From: Hypanus sabinus
Taxonomy: Eukaryota
Length of the DNA stretch: 64,000 nt
NCBI RefSeq assembly: GCF_030144855.1
Contig: NW_026779593.1
Coordinates: forward strand, 1 to 64,000
Reading direction: 5' to 3'
The position numbers were made by a program, and so were the translations under genes. The notes under the pieces are model-generated. The model was given only the letters and a program-made list of their open reading frames with translations. It made no database searches and was not told the origin of the DNA. Shown piece after piece: positions 51,890-64,000 of the stretch (positions are counted from its first letter, which is position 1; every line of letters begins with the position of its first letter).

Positions 51890-54242
51890 CTCGGTGTAAT
51901 TCAAAATCTGTAATCAGGAAGGGCTTGTGCAGCGACTAAGGAGAGAGATGAGAGACAGATATCAACTATCAGGATATACAGTCACATGAGGAAGGGCTAC
52001 ATTGAACTTCACAATCTGGAGAAAACCAGAAAAGGAAGAGATACTCACACAAAATGTGAAGGAACTCAGGAGGACTGAGTGAATGAGGTATTCCTCTGTG
52101 GGTAACACATTCAGCTGAATAATTGCTGAAACATTTTGAACATAGAACATAGAATAGTACAGTACATTACAGGCCCTTCGGCCCACAATACAGTGCCGAC
52201 CCTCAAACCCTGCCTCCCATATAACCCCCCATCATTGATACAGAGACGTCTACATGTATTTTTCCCAAGCGGAGATACCGTATTATTGGCCGTCGGAAAG
52301 AGGAGGCACCCAACGTTGGCGCCATCTCCATGAAGGAAGTTGGAATGGATAGCCTTGTAATGATTTGATCGGTCACAAGACATTGTTACCAGGGTGAGTT
52401 TAATAATAAATACCGACTGAGCGAGGACAAACGAAGATCTACCGTTCTAAGACGTCGTAACAGTTGAAAAATATTTAAGGTGAACTTTAGAGTTTTCTCA
52501 ATCATTCTGGTGACGCATTGGTTAGGAGGTGAAGTGGTCACATTGACATAATTGGCCACGTGTGCTCCTTGGGTTGCAGGGGCCTATTATTCTGTTAGAT
52601 TTCTAAATAAAACTAAAATGAACTTTTCCTTCTATTCTTTAATACTTAACTGTTTCTTAATTATGTCACAGTCTGTTGTTATACAGTTCTTTCTTGAACA
52701 ACTACCCTTATAAATTGTTCAGAATCCCATTATACCTTCATTGAGGGCCGAATAAACCCACCGACGCTCCCTCTGTTCTAGAACTAACAATTTTTCATCA
52801 GACATCGCACCTTGACCTATTCTCCAAGAAACTGCAAATACAACATCCCAGTGCATTGTTTCAACAATCAAAAATTCGGCAATGTACCGTTTATTCTATC
52901 TAATTGCACCCTCCTCCGCAACACACATACACAGCAGCCCCACAACCCGCGTTTTCTGTGCCGCAGCAATGAACAATAAAATGAGACCTGTTTCCATTCC
53001 ATTGCGCTATTAGCGATGGGTTTAGTGAATTTAATTCCAAATCGTGTCAAGAGGTGGCGCATTTGCAAATAGAATAGCGGATAAGTTGTGCAAGTGGCGA
53101 CACTGCCTCTGATCAATATTGCACTCACGACATGCTACGTTTTATACCGCTTTCCACGTCAAAATGGGCTCACCAAAGACGGAATTACTAATTACCTAGT
53201 TCACATTTAAAATTCAGCGCCGCTGTGAGAATTCCCCAAACCAGCAGCAGGAATGCTCTCAGTCCGCATCTGGAACATGTTCACCTGGAGAAGTTGCATC
53301 CTTTACGTCACACTGAACGCGGAAATTTCCTATAAAGATTCTCAGCTTAAACTCTACCACACTACGAAAGTGAAGCACCGCGGACTGAGAAAATATGCGG
53401 CCGCATAGCACGTGACAGGAGATTTGGTCCTGCAATAGGACCCAAAGTAGGATTTCACTCTGCTCTCCATACTCACCATCTCCACACCCGAAAGAAAAAT
53501 ACAACTCTTAGTTAAAAGTGAATTTATTCTCAAAGTACGCGCTATGCATATGTCACCAAATACTATCCAATATCCTCTTCCTTGTGTTTGTTGACAGTGG
53601 AAGAAAAACAGCTGAATAAATGAAAAACTGTAGACATATTCCAACTGACAACCAATACCGATGTTAAGAAGTAGACAAACTGTGCAAATTATTAAAGAAT
53701 CAATAATAATAAATACAGATTTCTTGCTCTTTCACCCTCACTTCTTTCTCTCCCCTCCTATTCTGGCGCTCTTCGTTGACCGTCTCTATCACGAGCACTT
53801 GCCCCGCTCTTTACGCCAATTAACCGGCATTCTACTACCCTCTCGCTCACTTTCTCCTACCGTTGCCGGTTCCCTTTGGTCTTCGCCCACTGCTGCCTCT
53901 CGTCCAATCTCTCGCCCCTGGTGTCTGTATGTTCATGTCTCGCTCCCTCTTCTCTCCAGCACCACAAATTATTTCGTTCTGCACTACAATCGCCGGAGAG
54001 GTGTCAAGTCAGATTATATGCACATCCTATGCACATTGCTCTCTTTCTACTTCACTTCGAAAACAGTGCATCACAGCAACAGGCACTTCGCCACTCAATG
54101 ATATTCTGCACCCATCAGGTTAGTAATAAAATGTTCAATTAAACTATCATTTTCTGCCTCCAGAATGTCCCTACCCTTCTACTAATTTCACATTGCTATT
54201 GCATGGAAACGTGTCTTAGAATTTGGCTACAATACGTGTCGT

Positions 54243-54912
54243 TTTCTGGCCATTTGCTGGACAAACATTCAGACAGAGTATTGTAATCCAAGAATTGCCG
54301 GATGGGTTATTGGCACAATATGCGTCGTGTTCTGTTTAGTGAACGTCCTTTATTATTCCTGCATTGAGAGGCTGGAATTAGTATTTGGGAAGGGAAATGG
54401 AGGACGTGCAGGTCCAAGAGCTCACTTCACCAGGATCCACTTTTTGACTGGTTTTCCTGAGTGGACCGTCCGATATATCCACTGCGTCCTTTCTTTCTCA
54501 TTTTGTTACTGAACATCCTGACCGTCAGACGGATCCTGGCTCCAGCCGAGTCCGCAGGGGACTCCGGGGACATTGAACTGGCGAGAAGCAGCAGGATCCG
54601 GAGAAGAAGAGCCGGAGACAGTCCATCGTTCTGCTCTTCACCCTGTCGGCGAGTTTCCTCCTGTGCTGGGGGACAACCACGCTTGTCTTCATTTTGCTGC
54701 GGTGCCTCTACTCTGACCTGGAAACGTCCGTTCGTCTTTTCATGGCGCAACGGGCGGGAGCTGAGATTCAGCTTTTCAGCTGCTGCATAAACACCTTCAT
54801 TTACGGCGTAACCCAAACCAAATTCAGAGAGCAGCTGAAGATCACGGCTCTCAATCCCGCTCATATGCTTGTTAGCTTGGGAAGACAGCGTTTAACGCGG
54901 ACTTACCCGTGA
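54243..54912 (+). pseudogene. GPR139-like pseudogene psi3
   Basis: Same lesions as psi1. Diagnostic variants (ETSVRL, KITALNPAH) are shared with psi4. Confidence 0.9.
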
Positions 54913-55025
54913 TGAAGTGCGATTGTTCCAGAAAGGATGCGCCCGCATGTTTCAGCATGTTTTTTAATTATCATTTATGATTTTTTTTGTGCTGCCTGTT
55001 TGTGCCGGGATAAATCACAATACAA

Positions 55026-55794
55026 AGAAACATGGAAAACCTATACGACAATACAGGCCCTTCGAAACACAAATTTGTGCCGAACATGTTACTACCTTAG
55101 AAATACAGCCTTACCTATAGACCTCTATTATACTAAGCTCCATGTACCTATCCAAAGGCCACTTATCGTATCGGCCTCCACCACCGTTGCCGGCAGGCCA
55201 TTGCTCGCACTCACCACTCTCTGAGTAAATACGTACCCCTGACAGGTCCTCTGTACCTACTCCCCATCAACTAAAACGTGTGTCCTTCTGTGTTTCACCA
55301 TTTCATCACTGGGAAAAGCTTTCTACTATCCACACGATGCATGCCTCCCATCATCTTGTACATCTCTATCAGGTCACCTCTCATCCTGCGTCACTCCATG
55401 GAGATAAGGCAGAGTTACTCAACCTATTCTCATAGGGCATGGTCCTCACTCCAGGCAACATCCTTGTAAATATCATCTGCACTCTTTCTATGGCTTCCAC
55501 ATCCTTCCTCTAGTGAGGCAGTAGATCTGAGCAAAGAACTGCAAGTGGGGTCTGACCATGGTCCTATAGAGCTGCATCATTACCTCTCGGCTCTTAAACT
55601 CAATCCAACGATTGATGAAGGCCAATACACCGTACGTCTTCTTAATCACTGAGTCAACCTGCGTAGCTGCTTTGAGTGTACCTGGACCCCAAGATCCCTC
55701 TGACCCTCCACACCGTCAAGAGTCTTACCATTAATACTATATTCTACAGTAATATTTGACCTAACAGAATGAACCACTTTACACTTATCTGGGT
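55026..55794 (-). mobile_element. CR1 LINE 3' fragment (copy)
   Basis: Copy of 3665-4433. Confidence 0.8.
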
Positions 55795-56261
55795 TTTGGG
55801 CGTGGCGGGGGGGGTGGCGGTGTAGACACCATGATCAGTATAACGGCTTTATTTATGCAACAAAATAAATCTTAGTTTTTGCACGGGGGATCCAGTTCCC
55901 GTAAGACAAACAAAGCAGAATTATTTGTGAGGTTATGATAATTAACACCATATGGAACGCAGCTGGTTTCATCATCGGCAAACCGAATCTGCTATATAAG
56001 ATCCAACATGCAGTCTCTTTGCTTGACTTGTGAATGAACCATCAAGGCGCACAGAAACCGTAGAAGTGTTGCGACTGAAGGACGCACGTTTTATTTCTGT
56101 GCTATTCGTCAATCAAGTTTCATTGTGAAACTTACTACTTCATTTCTCGTGCCCTTACTCTTATGGATTAGATATTTTGTGAATACTTTACAGAGTTATC
56201 AGCCGGATATTTCTTGCGTCTCTGGATAAATATTATTCCAAGCGGAGAACACAAATACAGC

Positions 56262-58880
56262 ATGGATACAACAAGGAGAATATGCTACCCGGTTATTGCA
56301 GCCATCGGCGTCCCTGGTAAGGCTTCCCAGTTCTAACTGGTGATCGGATCGTGGTATTTTACTTCAACATCTCGCTCGTGATCTGTCCTTCCATTTAATC
56401 CATTAATATATGTATTAATCGAGTAACAAATTTATTTGCTAATACCCACTGTAATGAGTGCTGTAAACATTTGTATTTGGCAAAAGGTCGAATGATCTGT
56501 CTTTACCCGTTGCTGAACGTCCAAGAATTGTGTGTGCAGGTCGCATTTAAGTCGATTTATCGCTACAGGTTTCATCCTTAAATCATCAAGATCTGCTAGA
56601 CGATTACCATGGACACTCGGGTTTGTTGTCACCGCCAACTCCAGAAAACGAAAATAGCGCACACACACACACACACACACACAGAAAAGCGACTGAATAA
56701 TTCACCAGGTCAGCTGCCATTTATGGCAGATCTTCCCAACCGTTTGCTTGAATGTCGTGGATCCTTCCCATTAACCGAGAAGTCGAGGAACCCCTAATGG
56801 AGAAATCTCCTCTGTCGAGGGAAATAATGGACGGTTAAGGCCGAGATATTTCATCAGAACGAGAAACTATGCTTGGAGAGGACATCATAACAAGATGGGA
56901 GAAGAAGCTCAATAATAAAGACTCTGGCAAAACACGTGAACCCATCTATCTGTTTCAATAGATGCTACCTGGACGAATTGTTTTGAATGTTTCTCTGTTG
57001 TCCAGTGTTGTGTGGGTGTAGTGGCGGCATCTCCTGCTGATAATTTGACGTCTTTACACTATGTATTAACAATTTATAATTTCACGGAATAACCTACTAC
57101 AGTCTTTTCTCTTATTGCTGACAACCATTGTTGGAGCTACTTCTTTCATAATCTCTCTCACAATTAGCTGACTTTACATCAGGCGATCGCACCCCTTTTG
57201 TATGACGTTCACCCCAACTATTAACGGAGGGATGCGTAGACCGCAGTTCGGGAACTCCAAGTTCACTCATTCAGCAGCATTCATTTCTGTATCATATCGA
57301 AAGCGAATTTTGTCTCGTGCAATACATTGGCGAAATTCAAAAACGTGTCTGATTATACGCCGTTTATTTATATTTTCATGCGAGACGTGTGCTTAAACTG
57401 AACAAACAGTTCGGAGTCAACTCATCTTGTGCCCGTGTAGTCCTGCATAGGACAGACGGATACAGTTGATGGGTTTCCCCGTCCAACACCGAAGACAGCT
57501 TAGTCTGTTCCGTAGGTGTTCCCTGTCCTGCTTCGTTCCACCAGCCCCGTGTTATCTGGGTGTAGTGGCGGCAGCTCATGCTAATTAGTTTTTCTTTCCA
57601 CGATGTCCTAACGCTTTCGATTTTTTTCTGAATTACCCTTGAAAGTCAACTTTGAAAGTCGGACCTTGAGAAGCATGGAGTACATCAGCAAAAGTCCACA
57701 CTCGGTTCCACTCCTCTAACAGATTGTCCAAAAGAGGTACGCATACATTGCGTTACGCATACATTCCGCAGGAACAATTTTAATCAAGACCTGGTTTGAA
57801 GTGAAATTTCAAACGCTGACATTGTCCGATATGTGTCGGATAGCGATGGCGACTTAGATTAAAAATATTATGACAAGATGTACTGTCGTGTTAGAATTAA
57901 CTTTTAAAATGCAGTTTGATTGTATGTTATGCATGTCAGAAATCTTCTCGTCATTTTTTCTTTCTTTGTTTCTAGTTAACCTAGTGGCGATCGTGATACT
58001 CAGCCGAGGAAAGTGTGGTCTCTCCAAAGGGATCACTCGGTATCTGGTGGCGATGGCTGTGGCCGATCTAATGGTGGTTGTCATCGAGGTCGCGTTCTAC
58101 CAGATCGTTGAAACATACCGAGTATACTGGCTTCGGCCATCACTTCCGTTCTGTTTAGTCCACTACGTCTTGTGTTACGTGTCTTTAGATTGTTCCGTGT
58201 GGCTGACTGTGGCGTTCACTTTCGATCGCTTTGTGGCCATTTGCTGGTCGAAGATTCAGAACAAGTACTGTACGCCAAGAATTGCAGGACGGATCATTGG
58301 CACAATATGCGTTTCGTTCTGTTTAAAGAACGTGCCTTATTACTTCCTGCACAAGGAACGCGCAAGCCTGTTTTGGAATCAATGCGATCAGAAATCGGCT
58401 CTCCACACAGATCCGCAGTTTGAGTGGTTTTACTGGTTAGACCGTCTTTTGAATCCGCTGTTTCCGTTCTTCCTCATTTTGTTCCTCAACATTCTGACAG
58501 TCAGACTGATCCTGGCATCCAGCCGAGTCCGTAGGGGGCTCAGGGGACAGAGAAAAAGCGAGAATCAGCAGGACCCGGAAATGAGGAGTAGGAGACAGTC
58601 CATTATACTGCTCTTCACATTGTCGGCGAGTTTCCTCCTGTGCTGGGCGACAACCACCCTGGTCTTCATTTTCCTGCGGAGCCTCTACACGGACCTGGAA
58701 ACGTCTATCCGACTGTGGATGACGCAGCGAGCGGGGACAGTGATTCAGCTTTTCAGCTGCTGCACAAACACCTTCATTTACAGTGTGACCCAGACCAAAT
58801 TCAGGGAGCAGCTAAAGATTGTCGCGCTCAGCCCTATTAATTTGCTTGTTAAGATGGTGAGGCGGTGCTTAGCGCACTGA
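56262..58880 (+). CDS. GPR139-like class A GPCR, gene C (2 exons: 56262-56316, 57976-58880; 319 aa)
   Basis: Exon 1 reads MDTTRRICYPVIAAIGVP with a GTAAG donor, and the TAG acceptor is at 57973-57975. The 7TM frame is intact with DRF and NTFIY, and ECL2 is shorter and divergent (KERASLFWNQCDQK). Confidence 0.92.
56660..56683. repeat. (CA)n microsatellite in the intron of gene C
   Basis: Directly visible. The paralogous sites at 5228-5395 and 30882-31127 are N. Confidence 0.95.
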
Positions 58881-59140
58881 TAAATGTGTTGAATAAAATG
58901 ATGTTTCCAAAATGACTCGTCAGCGGTCGTGGAAGCAAGTTTATAATTGTCATTCCTTAAAATGTCTGTTGTGCTCGGTACATAATCTGTACTTCCTGTC
59001 CTTCATTCCTGGAGCAAAATAATGACTCTCCAGTATAACTTATACTCTCCAGTATAATTGGTCAAGTTCTTTCACAATGCAATATACACTCAATGGCCAC
59101 TTTATTAGGTACCCTTCCCCGTCAGTTGTCTGGAACTCCT

Positions 59141-59400
59141 AAACATAGAAAGCCTAGACCACAAAACAGGTTGTTCGGCCCACAATGCTGTGCCTAGCAT
59201 GTACTGACTTTGAAAATCGCCCTCTATTTTTCCAAGCTTCTTGTAAATATCCAGTAGTCTCCCAACAGACTCAATCGTATCAGCCTTCACCACCGTCGCC
59301 GGCTGACCATTGCAGGCACACAGCACTCTCTGCGTAAAAAGAAAAACTCACCCTTGATATCTATCCTAAGCACCTTTAAACTGTGCCCTCTCGTGTTAGC
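59141..59400 (-). mobile_element. CR1 LINE 3' end fragment
   Basis: aaacatagaaagcct...ttcggcccacaatgctgtgcc...ttcaccaccgtcgccggc resembles 3665-3870. Confidence 0.65.
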
Positions 59401-62314
59401 CATATTGGTTATGTTACTCTATCCGGTTCTTTGTAATTAAAGTGAAGTCTCCAGCTTTGGTTCCGAAATACGATGAACTGTGACTTCATCTGCCGGAAGC
59501 CCAGGTGCATTAAACCATGAATCAGGTAACGGTTGTTTTATTGTAGGCATTGTATTTTTCTTTCGGGTGCGGAGATGGTGAGTATGGAGCACAGAGTGTA
59601 ATACTACTTTGGCTTTTGTGAGCGCTCTTCCAAATCGAATTCAGAGCTTCGCATTTCCAGACATAAACACAGATGTTTTAGGCAGCTTCGCCGTGCACCG
59701 CATGGACCGATCTTCATTCACTCGCTGCTGAGACTCAGTCCCGAAGGAAGTGACACAGTCGTCATTGCACTTGAGGATGGTCTCGATTTACTTTTTTTGT
59801 GTGGCATTCGCCTCAAAAAAAAAACAGTTTTTTTTTAAATCTCACCATCATTATCACTGATGTGAACATTAATTGTTTGTACGTTACAGAGCTTCGGAGC
59901 CTGACATCTGCCCTCAAAAATGGCAAAATCAGCGGGCTGGTAGGGGGTGACTGTGTAGCCAACAACAGGAACGTACACGGGAATGTCTCGAATAAACATG
60001 GAATGCTTTTGAATATAAATACAGTATTGACTGTGCTCTCGGTGTAATTCAAAATCTGCAATCCGGAAGGGCTTGTGCAGCGACTAAGGAGAGAGATGAG
60101 AGACAGATAACAACTATCAGGATATAAAGTCACATGAGGAAGGGGCATATTAATCTTTGACGATTGCTCTTACAGCGTATTTTCATACACATTACTAAGG
60201 CGTGATATTACCGAGATTTTCTGAGGGACAGGTTCACTATGTCGGACGAACGTAGTCGAGAAGAGAGCGGCTCAGCTGCGAGCGTGTTGCTATTTTCACG
60301 GGAATAAACAGAGATGTCTGCATCTATATGTCCCAAGCGGAGATGCCGTATTGTTGGCCGTCGGTAAGAGGAGGCACCAAACGATGGCGCCATCTCTATG
60401 ATGGAAGTTGGAATGGATACCCCTGTAATGTTTTAATCGGTCACAAGACATTGTTACCAGGGTGCGTTTAATAATAAATACCGACTGAGCAAGGACAAAC
60501 GAAGATCTACCGGTCTAAGACGTCGTAACAGTTGAAAAATATTTAAGGTGAACTTTACAGTTTTTTCAATCATTCTGGTGACTCATTGGTTAGGAAGTAA
60601 AATGGTCACTTTGATATAATTGGCCACGTGTGCTCCTTGGGTTGCAAGGGCCTATTATTCTGTTAGATTTCTAAATAAAACTAAAATGAACTTTTCCTTC
60701 TATTCATTAATACTTAACTGTTTCTTAATTATGTCACAGTCTGTTGTTATACAATTCTTTCTTGAACAACCAGTCCCTTATAAAATGTTCAGAATCCCAT
60801 TATACCTTCATTGAGGGCCGAATGAACCCACCGACGCTCCCTCTGTTCTAGAACTAACAATTTTTCATCAGACATCGCACCTTGACCTATTCGCCAAGAA
60901 ACTGCAAATAAAACATTCCAGTGCGTTGTTTCAACAATCAAAAATTCGGCAATGTACCGTTTATTCTATCTAATTGCACCCTCCTCCGCAACACACATAC
61001 ACAGCAGCCCCACAACCCGCGTTTTCTGTGCCGCAGCAATGAACAATAAAATGAGACCTGTTTCCATTCCATTGCGCTATTAGCGATGGGTTCAGTGAAT
61101 TTAATTCCAAATCGTGTCAAGAGGTGGCGCATTTGCAAATAGAATAGCGGATAAGTTGTGCAAGTGGCGACACTGCCTCTGATCAATATTGCACTCACGA
61201 CATGCTACGTTTTACACCGCTTTCCACGTCAAAATGGGCTCACCAAAGACGGAATTACTAATTACCTATTTCATATTTAAAATTCAGCGCCGCTGTGAGA
61301 ATTCCCCAAACCAGCAGCAGGAATGCTCTCAGTCCGCATCTGGAACATGTTCACCTGGAGAAGTTGCATCCTTTACGTCACACTGAACGCGGAAATTTCC
61401 TATAAAGATTCTCAACTTAAACTCTACCACACCACGAAAGTGAAGCACCGCGGACTGAGGAAATATGCGGCCGCATAGCACGTGACAGGAGATTTGGTCC
61501 CGCAATACGACACAAGTTAGGATTTCACTCTGTCCTCCATACTCATCATTTCCACACCCGAAAGAAAAGTACAAGGCTGGTAGTTAAAAGTCAATTTATT
61601 ATCAAAGTACGCGCTATGCATATGTCACCAAATACTATCTAATATCCTCTTCCTTGTGGTTGTTGACAGTGGAAGAAAAACAGCTGAATAAATGAAAAAC
61701 TGTAGACATATTCCAACTGACAACCAATACCGATGTTAAGAAGTAGACAAACTGTGCAAATTATTAAAGAATCAATAATAATAAATACAGATTTCTTGCT
61801 CTTTCACCCTCGCTTCTTTCTCTCCCCTCCTATTCTGGCGCTCTTCGTTGACCGTCTTTATCACGAGCACTTGCCCCGCTCTTTACGCCAATTAACCGGC
61901 ATTCTACTACCCTCTCGCTCACTTTCTCCTACCGTTGCCGGTTCCCTTTGGTCTTCGCCCACTGCTGCCTCTCGTCCAGTCTCTCGCCCCTGGTGTCTGT
62001 ATGTTCATGTCCCGCTCCCTCTTCTCTCCAGCACCACAAATTATTTCGTTCTGCACTACAATCGTCGGAGAGGTGTCAAGTCAGATTATATGCACATCCT
62101 ATGCACATTGCTCTCTTTCTACTTCACTTCGAAAACAGTGCATCACAGCAACAGGCACTTCGCCACTCAATGATATTCTGCACCCATCAGGTTAGTAATA
62201 AAATGTTCAACTAAACTATCATTTTCTGCCTCCAGAATGTCCCCACCCTTCTACTAATTTCACATTGCTATTGCATGGAAACGTGTCTTAGAATTTGGCT
62301 ACAATACGTGTCGT

Positions 62315-62984
62315 TTTCTGGCCATTTGCTGGACAAACATTCAGACAGAGTATTGTAATCCAAGAATTGCCGGATGGGTTATTGGCACAATATGCGTCGT
62401 GTTCTGTTTAGTGAACGTCCTTTATTATTCCTGCATTGAGAGGCTGGAATTAGTATTTGGGAAGGGAAATGGAGGACGTGCAGGTCCAAGAGCTCACTTC
62501 ACCAGGATCCACTTTTTGACTGGTTTTCCTGAGTGGACCGTCCGATATATCCACTGCGTCCTTTCTTTCTCATTTTGTTACTGAACATCCTGACCGTCAG
62601 ACGGATCCTGGCTCCAGCCGAGTCCGCAGGGGACTCCGGGGACATTGAACTGGCGAGAAGCAGCAGGATCCGGAGAAGAAGAGCCGGAGACAGTCCATCG
62701 TTCTGCTCTTCACCCTGTCGGCGAGTTTCCTCCTGTGCTGGGGGACAACCACGCTTGTCTTCATTTTGCTGCGGTGCCTCTACTCTGACCTGGAAACGTC
62801 CGTTCGTCTTTTCATGGCGCAACGGGCGGGAGCTGAGATTCAGCTTTTCAGCTGCTGCATAAACACCTTCATTTACGGCGTAACCCAAACCAAATTCAGA
62901 GAGCAGCTGAAGATCACGGCTCTCAATCCCGCTCATATGCTTGTTAGCTTGGGAAGACAGCGTTTAACGCGGACTTACCCGTGA
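62315..62984 (+). pseudogene. GPR139-like pseudogene psi4
   Basis: Appears identical to psi3 by eye, at offset 8072. Confidence 0.9.
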
Positions 62985-63097
62985 TGAAGTGCGATTGTTC
63001 CAGAAAGGATGCGCCCGCATGTTTCAGCATGTTTTTTAATTATCATTTATGATTTTTTTTGTGCTGCCTGTTTGTGCCGGGATAAATCACAATACAA

Positions 63098-63866
63098 AGA
63101 AACATGGAAAACCTATACGACAATACAGGCCCTTCGAAACACAAATTTGTGCCGAACATGTTTCTACCTTAGAAATGCAGCCTTACCTATAGACCTCTAT
63201 TATACTAAGCTCCATGTACCTATCCAAAGGCCACTTATCGTATCGGCTTCCACCACCGTTGCCGGCAGGCCATTCCTCGCACTCACCACTCTCTGAGTAA
63301 ATACGTACCCCTGACAGGTCCTCTGTACCTACTCCCCATCAACTAAAACGTGTGTCCTTCTGTGTTTCACCATTTCATCACTGGGAAAAGCTTTCTACTA
63401 TCCACACGATGCATGCCTCCCATCATCTTGTACATCTCTATCAGGTCACCTCTCATCCTGCGTCACTCCATGGAGATAAGGCAGAGTTACTCAACCTATT
63501 CTCATAGGGCATGGTCCTCACTCCAGGCAACATCCTTGTAAATATCATCTGCACTCTTTCTATGGCTTCCACATCCTTCCTCTAGTGAGGCAGTAGATCT
63601 GAGCAAAGAACTCCAAGTGGGGTCTGACCATGGTCCTATAGAGCTGCATCATTACCTCTCGGCTCTTAAACTCAATCCAACGATTGATGAAGGCCAATAC
63701 ACCGTACGCCTTCTTAATCACTGAGTCAACCTGCGTAGCTGCTTTGAGTGTACCTGGACCCCAAGATCCCTCTGATCCTCCACACTGTCAAGAGTCTTAC
63801 CATTAATACTATATTCTACAGTAATATTTGACCTAACAGAATGAACCACTTTACACTTATCTGGGT
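63098..63866 (-). mobile_element. CR1 LINE 3' fragment (copy)
   Basis: Copy of 3665-4433. Confidence 0.8.
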
Positions 63867-64000
63867 TTGGGGTGTGGCGGGGGGGGGGGGCGGTGTAGAC
63901 ACCATGATCAGTATAACGGCTTTATTTATGCAGCAAAAGAAATCTTAGTTTTTGCACGGGGGATCCAGTTCCCGTAAGACAAACAAAGCAGAATTATTTG

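Larger units (their letters stand above)
51890..58057 (+). repeat. Partial third unit (psi, A-type promoter, exon 1, intron, start of exon 2)
   Basis: Matches 529 to about 6765, then diverges inside exon 2 of gene C. Confidence 0.9.
60038..64000 (+). repeat. Fourth copy of the pseudogene + A-type upstream module, running off the window
   Basis: Matches 529 to about 4567 except for about 60146-60310. It ends in the conserved block that lies upstream of A-type genes (gcagaattatttg), which implies another gene beyond 64000. Confidence 0.9.

Noticed and set aside
4853-58880. Protocadherin/UGT1-like shared-exon splicing or V(D)J-type somatic assembly
   Set aside because: Each full-length exon 2 has its own promoter and exon 1, and I saw no recombination signal sequences flanking the exons.
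1-64000. CRISPR arrays, tRNA/rRNA genes or prokaryotic operons
   Set aside because: None seen. The sequence has spliceosomal introns and vertebrate retroelements.

Overview
Eukaryotic (vertebrate) DNA, most likely from a cartilaginous fish such as a myliobatiform ray. That assignment is inferred from the repeat families and the receptor type. The window is a head-to-tail tandem array of two-exon, + strand class A GPCR genes of the GPR139/GPR142-like type. Four genes are intact (A1, B1, B2, C), one is frameshifted (A2), and four are 5'-deleted pseudogenes. The start of a further A-type upstream region runs off the right edge. The array consists of a ~25.7 kb segmental tandem repeat (pseudogene, gene A, gene B, truncated CR1 LINE) present as two full copies plus partial flanking copies, followed by a ~8.1 kb-period pseudogene+gene module. 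The receptors are most variable in ECL1/TM3/ECL2 and are homogenised in exon 1, TM1 and ICL3, with patchwork conversion tracts and one chimeric gene. This pattern suggests a rapidly evolving orphan receptor repertoire, possibly chemosensory. The intergenic DNA holds CR1 LINE fragments, Penelope-type termini with minimal hammerhead ribozyme motifs, probable solo LTRs and microsatellites. The N runs appear to be masked simple repeats.
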